Of a stretch of 64,000 nt of DNA, positions 20,024 to 29,529 are shown in pieces. The stretch's first letter is position 1. Every line of letters begins with the position of its first letter. The position numbers and the translations under genes were made by a program. This DNA is from a bacterium (GTDB lineage Bacteria > SAR324 > XYD2-FULL-50-16). Location of the stretch: NCBI GenBank assembly GCA_032250835.1, contig JAVVEA010000009.1:72398-136397 (forward strand), read 5' to 3'. The notes under the pieces were generated by a model. The model made no database searches, was not told the origin of the DNA, and saw only the letters and a list, made by a program, of their open reading frames with translations.

Positions 20024-21664
20024 ATGACCATCCCAGCGACGATTGTCGACAACCTGCGGTTTATCTTGCTTGAGGTGACCCGCCAAGTCGAAGAGACCCA
20101 AAAGGCCTTGGACAGAGGCGGGGAAGAGGAACTGATCGCTAAGATCATCGCCCGTGATGACTATATCGACAGCTTGAAAACCTATGTGGAAAACAAGTGT
20201 TTTTCGCTGATCTATTCAAACTCGTCGGTCAAGATGAAGTCCGAGGCAGACCTGATCCGCGCCATCAACACCATCACCGGCAACTTAGAACGTATCGCGG
20301 ACCATTCGGTCAACATCGCCCGCCAGTTGCCCTACTTTGATGACCGGGATTTCATCAAGGCTTATGACTACAAGCACTTTTTTGATATCATCATCTTCAA
20401 CCTCAAGCGGATCCACAAGGCGCTTTTTGACCATGACCTTTCCCTAGCCCGCAAGATCTGCGTTTCCGAATCGAAGCTGGACCGGGCCTATAAACGCTCC
20501 TTTGAGAAGGTCTTAAAAGAGCTGACCAAAGGCAAAGAGGTGGAAAATCTGCTCACCACCATCTTCATCTTGCGTTACCTAGAGCGCATCGGAGACTGCC
20601 TGCTCAACATCGGCGAGGCAATCATCTTCAGTATTGTGGGCGACAAGCTCAAACTCAAACAATTTGAGTTTTTAGAAGAAAGCCTCTTGAACGTTGACGA
20701 GCTGACCATCGAGGACATCAAATTTGAAGGGGTCTGGGGCACCCGCTCGGGCTGTCGGATCGGCCTGATCACCACGGCGACCTCCGAAGGGGACGAGCGG
20801 GATTATGTCTTTAAAGAAGGCAGCCTACCTAAGATCGAAAAGGAAAAAGAAAAGATCGAGCTTTGGAACCACCACAAGCCCGGCGTGACCCCCAAAGTGC
20901 TAGACTTTAAAATCAAAGGCGACCATGCCAGCCTGTTGGTTGAGTACTTGGACGGCGACACCATGCAGCACAACCTGCTGGAGTCCAACGACCAAAAACT
21001 CTTCGGCAGTTTGACCGCTTTAGAAGAAACCCTGGCAGTCATCTGGCGCAACACCCGGGACGACGAAAAAAAACCTAGCTGCGATTCGCTCAACCAACTT
21101 GAAAACCGGATCGACGAGGTTTTTAGGGTCCATCCCTCTTACTCCTTGCCCGAAGTAGAGATCGGCGGGCTTAAGATCGACAGCTTCAAGAGCCGGATCG
21201 ACCGGCTACGCGATGCCACCAAAGGGACCGTGGCTCCCTTTGCCGTGTTGATCCACGGTGACTTTAACTTAGACAATATCTTTTACGACGAGCCCCAAGA
21301 CCAAATCCGCTTCATCGACGTACACCGCTCGGGCTTCGGCGACTATGCCCAGGACGTGGCCGTCTTTTTGGCCAGCAACTTCCGCCAGAAGGTTTTTGAA
21401 GAAGGACTCCGCTTGCGCATCGAACAGGCGGCCCGGCATTTCTTGGATTTCGCCCGTCGTTTTGCCCAGGAACAAAATGATTTGGGCTTTGAAAAACGTT
21501 TGGGCCTGGGGTTGATCCGAGCCTTGACCACCTCGACCCGCTTTGAATTCCACCCTGAATTATCTGAGGCGTTATTCCAGCGCTCTCTTTATTTGATCGA
21601 CCAGATGCTGGCCCCTGACGCGGAGCAAAACTTCCGCGTCCCCGACAGCCTCTTCAGTCTTTAG
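20024..21664 (+). CDS. PhoU domain/aminoglycoside-phosphotransferase-like kinase fusion (GAK cluster)
   Basis: Two PhoU repeats (NLERIADH, YLERIGD) followed by an APH-type kinase (IHGDFNLDN, FID, DYAQD). Confidence 0.85.
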   Translation: MTIPATIVDNLRFILLEVTRQVEETQKALDRGGEEELIAKIIARDDYIDSLKTYVENKCFSLIYSNSSVKMKSEADLIRAINTITGNLERIADHSVNIARQLPYFDDRDFIKAYDYKHFFDIIIFNLKRIHKALFDHDLSLARKICVSESKLDRAYKRSFEKVLKELTKGKEVENLLTTIFILRYLERIGDCLLNIGEAIIFSIVGDKLKLKQFEFLEESLLNVDELTIEDIKFEGVWGTRSGCRIGLITTATSEGDERDYVFKEGSLPKIEKEKEKIELWNHHKPGVTPKVLDFKIKGDHASLLVEYLDGDTMQHNLLESNDQKLFGSLTALEETLAVIWRNTRDDEKKPSCDSLNQLENRIDEVFRVHPSYSLPEVEIGGLKIDSFKSRIDRLRDATKGTVAPFAVLIHGDFNLDNIFYDEPQDQIRFIDVHRSGFGDYAQDVAVFLASNFRQKVFEEGLRLRIEQAARHFLDFARRFAQEQNDLGFEKRLGLGLIRALTTSTRFEFHPELSEALFQRSLYLIDQMLAPDAEQNFRVPDSLFSL

Positions 21665-21674
21665 GAGACCTAAT

Positions 21675-22562
21675 ATGAAAATCGCCGTCATCGGCATTCC
21701 CGGCAAATGGTCTTCAGTGGCCCTGGCCGAAGAGATAGAAAAACTGAGCGGTCCCTGCCCGGTGATCGACATGGGCGAGGTCCACTTAGATTTGGCCGGA
21801 GAATCGCTTTGGTGGAAGGACCAAGACTTATGTACCTATGATGCCTTGGTGGTCAAAAAAATCAGCCAAATCTACTGCCCTGAGGTCTTAGACCGGATGG
21901 AGATGCTGCGCTTTGCCGAGGCTAAGGGCGTGCGGATTTATTCGAGTGTTGCCGGCATGAGCCGCCTGATCGACCGCTTGAGCTGCACCGTCACCCTTAA
22001 GGCAGGCGGGATCGCCATGCCCGAAACCTTCATCACCGAATCTGTGGCCGAAGCGGCGGCGAAACTCGAAGAATACGGTAAGGCGGTATTCAAACCGCTT
22101 TTTACCACCAAAGCGCGGGGCATGATTTTTTTAGAAGGCGGCGCGAGCGAAAACCTGGCGGCCATCGAAGCCTACCAAAAAGCGGGCAACCCGGTGATTT
22201 ACATGCAGCGTTTTGTCAAAGGACCGGGTCGGGATTTGGGCATCTCCTTTCTAGGCGGCAAGTACCTGGGCACCTACGCAAGGGTCGGCTCCGGCAATAG
22301 CTGGAACACCACCACCGCCAACGGGGGCCGCTACGCTCCCGACGATCCGCCCCAGGCCTGGATCGATCTGGCCCGCCGGGCCCAAGCGTTGTTTGACTTG
22401 GATTTTACCTGCGTAGACCTGATGGAAACCGATGAGGGACCTCGGGTCTTTGAGGTATCCGCCTTCGGTGGCTTCAAGGGACTCCAAGAAGCCCAGGGCA
22501 TCAACGTCGCCGAATTATATGCAAGTTACATCCTAGAAACGCTGAACCAGAAAAAGGCATGA
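21675..22562 (+). CDS. GAK system ATP-grasp enzyme (RimK-like)
   Basis: AVFKPLFTTKARGM, YMQRFV, SWNTT, FTCVD, VFEVSAFGGF; context with amphi-Trp and kinase genes. Confidence 0.88.
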   Translation: MKIAVIGIPGKWSSVALAEEIEKLSGPCPVIDMGEVHLDLAGESLWWKDQDLCTYDALVVKKISQIYCPEVLDRMEMLRFAEAKGVRIYSSVAGMSRLIDRLSCTVTLKAGGIAMPETFITESVAEAAAKLEEYGKAVFKPLFTTKARGMIFLEGGASENLAAIEAYQKAGNPVIYMQRFVKGPGRDLGISFLGGKYLGTYARVGSGNSWNTTTANGGRYAPDDPPQAWIDLARRAQALFDLDFTCVDLMETDEGPRVFEVSAFGGFKGLQEAQGINVAELYASYILETLNQKKA

Positions 22563-23635
22563 TGAACCACGCACTTCCTAGTTTAAACGAACTCACCGAG
22601 TCGCTCTGCGACGGGGTGGACTTTAGCCATACCTTAGACCTCAACTTGGCCGGTTGCCAGCTGCAGGTAAAGACCAATTCGTTGTTGGTCGAATCCGGCC
22701 TGCGCCACTACTTCGCGCCTTTTGTGGTCGAGCCGGGCTCTACCGACATCACCGTGCTGGTGATCGACGGACCACCGTTGGAACTAGACCTACCCTACCG
22801 TCCCTGGGACCCTGAGCCCGGCAAGTCGCGGGTTAAAGAAGAGTTCGCCGAGTTGGCCGGGGGCCGGGCGGTCCGAAAGACCAAGACGGACATGAGCTTT
22901 TTCTTCGGCGGCGGGATCAACCTCGCCGTGGGCCGGGCCAAGGAAAATGACAACCAAGTGATCAACTTCGTCAACAACCGCTTCATTGAGAGGCTGCTCA
23001 ACCAAGACTGCGTCTTGGGTCATGCGGCGGCGGTTTTAGTCAAAAACCGGGGCATCGCCTTTGCGGGCTTCTCGGGAATGGGCAAAAGCACCTTGGCGCT
23101 ACACCTCTTAAGCCAAGGGGCCGACTTTTTAAGCAACGACCGCCTGATGAGCCGGGGTAGCCAAGAGGGACCGATCATGTACGGAGTGCCCAAGCTGCCG
23201 CGCATCAACCCCGGCACCGCACTTTCCAACCCCGACCTACGCCCGATTCTGAGCGTCAAAGAGATCGAGGAATTCAGCCATTTGGAACCCGACGACCTTT
23301 GGGAGCTGGAACACAAATACGACGTTTACCTAGACCGCTGTTTTTCCAAAACCCGCTTTGTCCTGCAAGGCTGGATGGATATGTTGGTGATCCTTAACTG
23401 GCAACGTAGCGACGAGCCCATCCAGGTGACCCAAGTGGACTTAAACGAGCGGCGCGACCTGCTCAAAGCCTTTTGCAAATCTCCGGGAGCCTTTTTCCTC
23501 CCCGAAGACCCCGCCAACCCGCCGGACCTTTCCGAGGAACGTTACCTCAAGGAATTGGAGCGCGTGCGGGTCTATGAGATCAGCGGCGGCGTGGATTTTA
23601 AGGCGGCCACCGAAGCTTGCCTTAAGTTGATTTAA
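22559..23635 (+). CDS. HprK-related kinase B (GAK system)
   Basis: HAAAV, Walker A GFSGMGKST, FLSNDR, GVPKLPRINPGT. Confidence 0.88.
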   Translation: MMNHALPSLNELTESLCDGVDFSHTLDLNLAGCQLQVKTNSLLVESGLRHYFAPFVVEPGSTDITVLVIDGPPLELDLPYRPWDPEPGKSRVKEEFAELAGGRAVRKTKTDMSFFFGGGINLAVGRAKENDNQVINFVNNRFIERLLNQDCVLGHAAAVLVKNRGIAFAGFSGMGKSTLALHLLSQGADFLSNDRLMSRGSQEGPIMYGVPKLPRINPGTALSNPDLRPILSVKEIEEFSHLEPDDLWELEHKYDVYLDRCFSKTRFVLQGWMDMLVILNWQRSDEPIQVTQVDLNERRDLLKAFCKSPGAFFLPEDPANPPDLSEERYLKELERVRVYEISGGVDFKAATEACLKLI

Positions 23636-23673
23636 CGACCCTTAGCACTTCCAAACAAGACAGGAGCAATCGG

Positions 23674-24051
23674 ATGAACAAGAAATCAATCACCGTAAAA
23701 ACCAGCTTGAAAAAAGATCGGGCCATCGCCTACTTGGAAGAGCTGACCAAGAGCCTCAAAACCGGCCAGGTTTGTATCCAACAAGAAAATGAGTTCGTCG
23801 CCCTGAGCCCGGTGGACCAGATGGAACTCGAAGTTTCGGCAGCCCAGAAAAAGGGCAAGGAAAAGCTAACTTTTGAGCTGAGCTGGGTCACCGAAACGCC
23901 GGAATTGCCTGCGGACAACCTGGTGATCTCTTCGACCACGCCGAAGGTGACGCCTGCGGCCAAGAAAGAAGAGCCCAAAAAGGAGTCAGCGACGAAGGCC
24001 GAACCCGCCAAAGGCGCAGCCGCCAAACCGGCGGCAAAAGCCACCAACTAA
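23674..24051 (+). CDS. Second amphi-Trp domain protein with a Lys/Ala/Pro/Glu-rich tail
   Basis: AYLEELTKSLKTG...KLTFELSW followed by a low-complexity PAAKKEEPKK...KPAAKATN tail. AGGAG RBS. Confidence 0.85.
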   Translation: MNKKSITVKTSLKKDRAIAYLEELTKSLKTGQVCIQQENEFVALSPVDQMELEVSAAQKKGKEKLTFELSWVTETPELPADNLVISSTTPKVTPAAKKEEPKKESATKAEPAKGAAAKPAAKATN

Positions 24052-24060
24052 CCCTAAATA

Positions 24061-24080
24061 CCGGGGGCTTAGGCCCCTGG
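24061..24080 (+). promoter_or_regulatory. Intra-operon GC hairpin (mRNA stabiliser or attenuator)
   Basis: CCGGGGGC-TTAG-GCCCCTGG between the amphi-Trp and CofD-like genes; no U tract. Confidence 0.45.
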
Positions 24081-24087
24081 CAATCTT

Positions 24088-25287
24088 ATGGGACGCAGCT
24101 TCCAAGTCAGCTTTTTAAAGACCCTACCCTTACCCAACCGGGTGGCCTTGGCGCGCTACAAGGCCCACCCGGCCTTGGGGCCCTGCTTGTTATTTTTTAC
24201 TGGCGGCACGGCGCTACGGGGGCTTTCACAACGGCTGATCGAATACACCCACAACTCAATCCACCTGATCCCGCCTTTTGATTCAGGTGGTTCTTCGGCG
24301 GAACTGCGCAAACAGTTTAACATGTTGGCCGTTGGCGACCTCCGCAACCGCTTGATGGCTCTGGCGGACCAAACGCTTAAAGGCAACCCTGAGATCTACC
24401 GCCTCTTCGACACCCGCCTGCCCGAAAATGAAGGACCTGAAAAGTTGGCGGAACTCTTAAGCAGCTTACTGGCCGGGAAACACCCGCTGATTGCAGCGAT
24501 CCAAGACCCGATGCGCAAGATCATCCGCAACCATCTGGGCTTTTTTAAGCGCAAGATGCCTGCTGACTTTGATCTGCGTGGTGCCTCCATCGGCAATCTG
24601 ATCCTGGTCGGCGGCTACTTAAACAACCGACGCCAGATTGACCCGGTGCTTTACCTCTTCGCTCGTTTGATCGAAGCTCGGGGTATTGTGCGCCCTTCAG
24701 CGACCCAGGACCTACAACTGCTCGCCCGCTACGCCGACGGGACCGAAATTTTGGGCCAACACCGCTTCACCGGTAAAGGGTCTAAACCTCCGGCCGCTAA
24801 GTTAGTGGACCTGGAGTTGGCCAATAAAGATGGCAGCCCCGCCCGGCGGCCACCCCTTAAAGACAAGATCGCCCATTTGATCGACCGGGCCGACTTGATT
24901 TGTTATCCCATGGGCAGCTTCTTCTCTAGCCTTTTAGCCAACTTTTTAATCCAGGGCGTAGGCGACCGGGTCCAGGCCAATCCTTGCCCTAAGGTCTACG
25001 TACCCAACCTAGGGGTTGACCCGGAACAAAAGGGCTATCGCCTAGCCGAGCAGGTAGACCGCTTGTTGCGTGCCCTTAAAGAATCCAGCCGCTTCCCTGG
25101 CTGGGACACCGACTACCTCAACTTTTTGGTGATCGACGCTGAAGGCGGGCACCAGATTACGCCCGAAGAACGCGACCAACTCGAAAACCGTGGCATCCAA
25201 ATTATCGATGTCCCCTTGGTTCTGCCCGAAGCACCGGAGCGGATCGACGAAGAACTGTTGCTCTCGGTCTTGCTTTCGCTGGCCTAA
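24088..25287 (+). CDS. GAK system CofD/YvcK-like protein
   Basis: FFTGGTAL, FDSGGSS, VGDLRNRL, ASIGNLIL, DLICYPMGSFFSSL, KVYVPN. Confidence 0.88.
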   Translation: MGRSFQVSFLKTLPLPNRVALARYKAHPALGPCLLFFTGGTALRGLSQRLIEYTHNSIHLIPPFDSGGSSAELRKQFNMLAVGDLRNRLMALADQTLKGNPEIYRLFDTRLPENEGPEKLAELLSSLLAGKHPLIAAIQDPMRKIIRNHLGFFKRKMPADFDLRGASIGNLILVGGYLNNRRQIDPVLYLFARLIEARGIVRPSATQDLQLLARYADGTEILGQHRFTGKGSKPPAAKLVDLELANKDGSPARRPPLKDKIAHLIDRADLICYPMGSFFSSLLANFLIQGVGDRVQANPCPKVYVPNLGVDPEQKGYRLAEQVDRLLRALKESSRFPGWDTDYLNFLVIDAEGGHQITPEERDQLENRGIQIIDVPLVLPEAPERIDEELLLSVLLSLA

Positions 25288-25532
25288 GATTTGCCCACCC
25301 CTTTGCCATCCACCGGCCCAAGACTTCAGTTTTTCCGCCTTCATGGGTAATAAAACTAGAGGGACCCATGGAAAGTGTGGGATCATTAGCTAGCCTGACT
25401 TGGTTCCAAGGGCTCAAGTTGACTTGGGTTCCCATCTTCGCCTAGGCTCAAAAATGGCGGCGTCCAGGGAGCGAACCAGGTGAGCCGAAGACTGGTCTGG
25501 TCAAATTCAATGAAGTTTAACGGGAGGTCCAG

Positions 25533-26024
25533 GTGAGCGAAAAAGGAAAAGCCCTATTCGAGCAGGCGGGCGGCAAGCTCTTGACCTTTATGCTCGGCGG
25601 TCGAGAATATGGATTGCAGATCTTAGACGCCCGCGAAGTGGTGGGCATGATTGAGGCGGAGCCAGTCCCACAGACTCCTGAGTTTATGAAAGGAGTGATC
25701 AACCTACGGGGGCAGATTGTTCCCGTGATCGACCTACGTGCCCGCTTTCATATCCCCATCCCCGAGCAAGACACCGAAAATTGCATCTTGGTGGTGGACC
25801 TTGCCGGGCGTATGACGGGTTGTATCATCGATTCGTTGATCGGCGTCACCACCATCGAACCCAGCCAGTTTGAAGACAGCCCCCAAATGGGCGCGAACAT
25901 CCATACCGATTACATGACCGGTCTGGCCAAATTAGACAAACGGGTGATCATCATTCTAGATATGTCCCGAATCCTCCAAAACGAGGAGCTGGCCCACCTA
26001 GAGGTGATGGCGAAAGCCGTTTGA
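25533..26024 (+). CDS. cheW: Chemotaxis coupling protein CheW
   Basis: LLTFML...YGL, VPQTPEFMKGVINLRGQIVPVIDLR, IIILDM. Confidence 0.95.
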   Translation: MSEKGKALFEQAGGKLLTFMLGGREYGLQILDAREVVGMIEAEPVPQTPEFMKGVINLRGQIVPVIDLRARFHIPIPEQDTENCILVVDLAGRMTGCIIDSLIGVTTIEPSQFEDSPQMGANIHTDYMTGLAKLDKRVIIILDMSRILQNEELAHLEVMAKAV

Positions 26025-26371
26025 TAGGCTTGAGCTGCATCAAACACTGACCTTTGCGGGGGGCTGCTCCACTGATTTGCGGTTCGCCGCCTCCATACCC
26101 GTCCCCACTATGGAGGCGCGGTGCCTCACGGCGGCACTGCCCTCTGCCCCGGCCCAGGCATTCACGGACCTTATTTTTCTGAGATTTTGCGGCAATATCT
26201 AAGCAAACAAACCACTAGCAACGCCGAAGAGGCCTTGTTAGAGGGCGGCAAGATTTTCGGTTGGAAGGTCTTGCTGGAACCGCGCCTAAAGGAATCCCGA
26301 ATAAGACCAAGCAAAAGCGGAAGGAATCACTAAATATACCGGAGGAACCCAGCGAAAGATGAGGTGGGGCA

Positions 26372-26395
26372 GAGAGGTGCCCCATGGCACCTCTC
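26372..26395. terminator. Perfect 10-bp hairpin in the convergent intergenic region
   Basis: GAGAGGTGCC-CCAT-GGCACCTCTC. A second 10-bp stem, CGCCTCCATA/TATGGAGGCG, lies at 26088-26118. Confidence 0.4.
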
Positions 26396-26469
26396 CGGGT
26401 ATCCGATGCCGCCCGGTTGTGCAGGTCCGGGGGAGGCAATCGGCGCGAGCTGGGGCTCTTGATGCGAAC

Positions 26470-27027
26470 TTAAGCGCAGGGGCCGGTCGTCACTTGGTTC
26501 TGCTGGCAGAACTGCTTCAAAAGGCGGGCTTTGAGTTCCGAACCTTTCTTGGCATTTTCGATCACCACCGTCTCTCCAGCTTTGCCCAAGCCTAGATAGG
26601 TCTGGGTGTAGGGCAAATGGGGTTTGTACTTTTCCATGGCTTCTTCGCTACCCATCACATAAATGCGGCCATCTACCCAAATACTCAAGTAGTCTCCGCC
26701 TTCTGCCTTAGGTGCGTTGGCGCAGGCTCCCTGATTGAGCTTGCGGGCCTCACAATATTCGCCCAGCAGACGCGCTTTCAGTGCTTCGCCTTTCTTTTCG
26801 TTTTCCAAAATGACCGTCTCGCCTTGAGGGCCCAAGCCTAAATAGGTTTGGGTATAGGGCAAATGGGCGTGAAACTTTTGCGCCATTTTGTCGCTGCCGA
26901 TCACGTAAATGCGCCCCTCGTAGCGGATTTCCATGTACTTGGCCTCTTCGATCGAAGGGGAGCTTGAGCCCCCGCTGCATCCTACCATAGCGAGCAAACC
27001 AGCCAGGATGGTCAGTGCCTTTTTCAT
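26470..27027 (-). CDS. Lipoprotein with two tandem ~70-aa repeats
   Basis: Lipobox MVGC; the repeat GRIYVxGS...HLPYTQTYLGLG..GETV..EN.KKG..LKARLL...C occurs twice. GGAGG RBS. Confidence 0.8.
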   Translation of the reverse strand: MKKALTILAGLLAMVGCSGGSSSPSIEEAKYMEIRYEGRIYVIGSDKMAQKFHAHLPYTQTYLGLGPQGETVILENEKKGEALKARLLGEYCEARKLNQGACANAPKAEGGDYLSIWVDGRIYVMGSEEAMEKYKPHLPYTQTYLGLGKAGETVVIENAKKGSELKARLLKQFCQQNQVTTGPCA

Positions 27028-27118
27028 GTTCCTCCAAAAAATTCTAGATGGTTGGTTGGTTACAAAGGGAGCCTGCAGATAAAGCGCTCACAGAAGTCGC
27101 CCTTTTGTAAAATTTCCG

Positions 27119-27553
27119 TTAAACCCGGCACTCCCTTTGAGCCAGGACCTGCCGACTAAAGATCAACTCGCAGCCAAGTTGGATTTCTTCAAAACAACGG
27201 CAAAAACTTTGGGTCTGTTGGTCTAAGCTTCCCTGGGCACGGGCCGGGTCGGGGAGGTTTAAGGAAAACTGCACCTTGTTTTGTAAACTAACGGGCAGGG
27301 TTACCTCTGGCGACTCGCAAAGCGACAGAACCATATCAAAGGCCTGCCCAGCCAGCGAATCTAGCGACTTGGGCCGTTGCCCCAGCAAGGAATATCCAGC
27401 CTCAAAAGCGGCGCGGATGGCCAGGGGATGAATCGACCCGGCGGGTTTTAAGCCCGCTGACACAATCTCGGCCTCGGGCACCAACCGCTCCATAACCGCC
27501 TGGGCCATCTGGCTCCGGCTGGCGTTTTCTTCACAGATGATCAAGAGATTCAT
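27119..27553 (-). CDS. ArsC/low-molecular-weight PTP family protein
   Basis: P-loop CEENASRSQMA, SAG, IHPLA, PKSL and DP motifs. Confidence 0.8.
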   Translation of the reverse strand: MNLLIICEENASRSQMAQAVMERLVPEAEIVSAGLKPAGSIHPLAIRAAFEAGYSLLGQRPKSLDSLAGQAFDMVLSLCESPEVTLPVSLQNKVQFSLNLPDPARAQGSLDQQTQSFCRCFEEIQLGCELIFSRQVLAQRECRV

Positions 27554-27563
27554 AGGTTTTACC

Positions 27564-29483
27564 TCAAATTTTAAAGACCAATACTTGGGCTTTAAGTTGT
27601 CCCGCCATACCGCTCAACTCGCCGGTGGTGCCGTCCACTTGGCGGATCGTCGCCGCCAACTCGAACATCACTTGGCTGTTGCGTTCGCTCAACTGACTGA
27701 TCTTATCGGTTTCGCGGGCGAGATTCTTGGTTTTGTAATCCTGGGCCACCAAGGACGCCCCAATCCGGCTGAGACCTTGGTTGATCTGTTGGACATCGCC
27801 CATGATCGAATGGAACTGATCTGAGGCCTCAGCGACCACCGAGGCCCCCACACTGACCTTATCGTTGGAATCTTTGATCACTTGGTCGATTTCTTGGACC
27901 GCTTGGCTGGTCTGGGTCGAAAGCCGCCGGATCTCGGCGGCGACCACATTAAACCCCCGGCCCGCCTCACCGGCTTTGGCCGCTTCAATGGCGGCGTTAA
28001 AAGACAACAAATGCACCTGTTTGCTGATCTTCTCAATCGCCCCCAAAACCTTTTCGATCCGGGCTTGTCCGGCGACAATTTGTTCTATCGCCTGGGCGGC
28101 TCTGGCCATCGTCAGTTTGCCTTGATCCGCTTCCTGGCTCACCTGCCCGGCGGTTTGCATCAACTCGCGCAAGGCCTCGGTGATCTCTTCATTACTCACC
28201 GCAAGGTCTTGCACATTGCGGCCGACCTCCTGGATGCTTTGGTTGCTTGCTTCGCTGCTCCGGTTGGCATCTTGGGTGGTCGCTTCGATCTGGCGGGTGG
28301 TGGCGGCCAGTTGGTGGGACGCCGCAGAAAGGGTGTCGCTGCCAGTATGGATCACCGCTATGGTCCGCTTGAGCGAGACGGCAAAACGGTTGAGCGATTT
28401 GGACATCTGGCCCAGCTCGTCATAACCCTGATTTTTGATCCGCACCGTGAGATTGCCTTGGCTCAACTGTTCGGTCAGCGCCGAGACCTCCTTGATGGGC
28501 CGCAAGATCGAGCGCGACAGGGCCCAACCGAAAAACATCATGAAAACCAAGGTACTCAAGCCCATAACCAAAAAGCGGTCACCCAAGGCCTGCATCACCT
28601 CTCGGGCTTTTTTCCCGACCAGGATTTGTTCATCTATCGCCACCTGATCCAACTGGGCCAGCAGGCTGGGGATCTCTTCGAAGTCGCTTTTAAAACTCGC
28701 TTCCAGGTCGTTGACCTTATAGGTATAAAGCTTAATCCGGTCGAAATTGCTTAAATACCCGTCGATCAAACCCGCCGGTTTCGTTAAGGCTTGGGCCCCA
28801 CGGACCTGGGCTAGTCGCTGGCGCAGTTCGGTCATTTGCTCTTTGACCTCCCGGCCCGCCGAGAGTCGGCCTAAGAAAAAGTCCTTTTCGGCGTTCCGGA
28901 TCTTCAGCAACGCCAGCACTAAGTCGGCGCGGCCGAGCTTTTCAAACTGGGCCTGTATTGCTTCGGCACTTTCACCGAAGCGGGCCCGGAATCCATCGTT
29001 GGGGCCAAAGCCCATCGAGCGGTTGTAGTCTACCACCGATTGAAAATCGCTTTGGTAACTGGCCAGGGTTTCGGCTAAGCTGTGGGCCGCCTTTGCGAAT
29101 TCGGGGCTGAGGTCCTGGGCCACTAGCTTGCGGGTTCCCTCTTGGGCTTCAGTGAGGTGCTCAAAAAAGGCACTGGCGTCCTGATCGCTGGGCTCAGACA
29201 AAAAAGTGTGTTCGTGTCCTCTGGCGGCAGTTACCGCCAACTGAACTTGGGCGGTCAAGGCCGTTACCTCTTGGGCCTGCTGGATACGGTTAACCTCGTC
29301 TTCAATCAATCCATAGCCCCAACGGGTCAGGGCAAATCCACCGAGCATAAAAAGGGCAAAGAGCCCCACCAAAGCCCCGATACGCTTGCCAATACTCAGC
29401 AAGCCTTGCCCAGCCAACCACCGGGTCAATCGGACCCGACCTGTCTTGAGGGATTTAGAGAATTTTGGCGCCATTTTTTTCAT
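27564..29483 (-). CDS. Methyl-accepting chemotaxis protein with a helical periplasmic sensor and HAMP
   Basis: Two TMs, HAMP (DELGQM), signalling hairpin [31 protein letters not shown]. Start codon uncertain. Confidence 0.92.
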   Translation of the reverse strand: MKKMAPKFSKSLKTGRVRLTRWLAGQGLLSIGKRIGALVGLFALFMLGGFALTRWGYGLIEDEVNRIQQAQEVTALTAQVQLAVTAARGHEHTFLSEPSDQDASAFFEHLTEAQEGTRKLVAQDLSPEFAKAAHSLAETLASYQSDFQSVVDYNRSMGFGPNDGFRARFGESAEAIQAQFEKLGRADLVLALLKIRNAEKDFFLGRLSAGREVKEQMTELRQRLAQVRGAQALTKPAGLIDGYLSNFDRIKLYTYKVNDLEASFKSDFEEIPSLLAQLDQVAIDEQILVGKKAREVMQALGDRFLVMGLSTLVFMMFFGWALSRSILRPIKEVSALTEQLSQGNLTVRIKNQGYDELGQMSKSLNRFAVSLKRTIAVIHTGSDTLSAASHQLAATTRQIEATTQDANRSSEASNQSIQEVGRNVQDLAVSNEEITEALRELMQTAGQVSQEADQGKLTMARAAQAIEQIVAGQARIEKVLGAIEKISKQVHLLSFNAAIEAAKAGEAGRGFNVVAAEIRRLSTQTSQAVQEIDQVIKDSNDKVSVGASVVAEASDQFHSIMGDVQQINQGLSRIGASLVAQDYKTKNLARETDKISQLSERNSQVMFELAATIRQVDGTTGELSGMAGQLKAQVLVFKI

Positions 29484-29502
29484 ACCGATACTCGTTGTAG
29501 GA

Positions 29503-29529
29503 GGTTCGGCTTTGACTATAGGCCCTTTG
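29503..29529 (-). promoter_or_regulatory. Possible sigma28 (FliA) promoter of the MCP gene
   Basis: Minus strand CAAA-N15-GCCGAACC versus consensus TAAA-N15-GCCGATAA, 20 nt upstream of ATG 29483. Confidence 0.4.

Noticed and set aside
26121-26439. Short ORFs between cheW and the lipoprotein
   Set aside because: No motifs or convincing RBS; the region is better explained as a convergent gap with hairpins.
27882-28754. 290-aa plus-strand ORF and similar long antisense ORFs over the RND, K+ channel and kinase genes
   Set aside because: Shadow frames of well-supported genes on the opposite strand.
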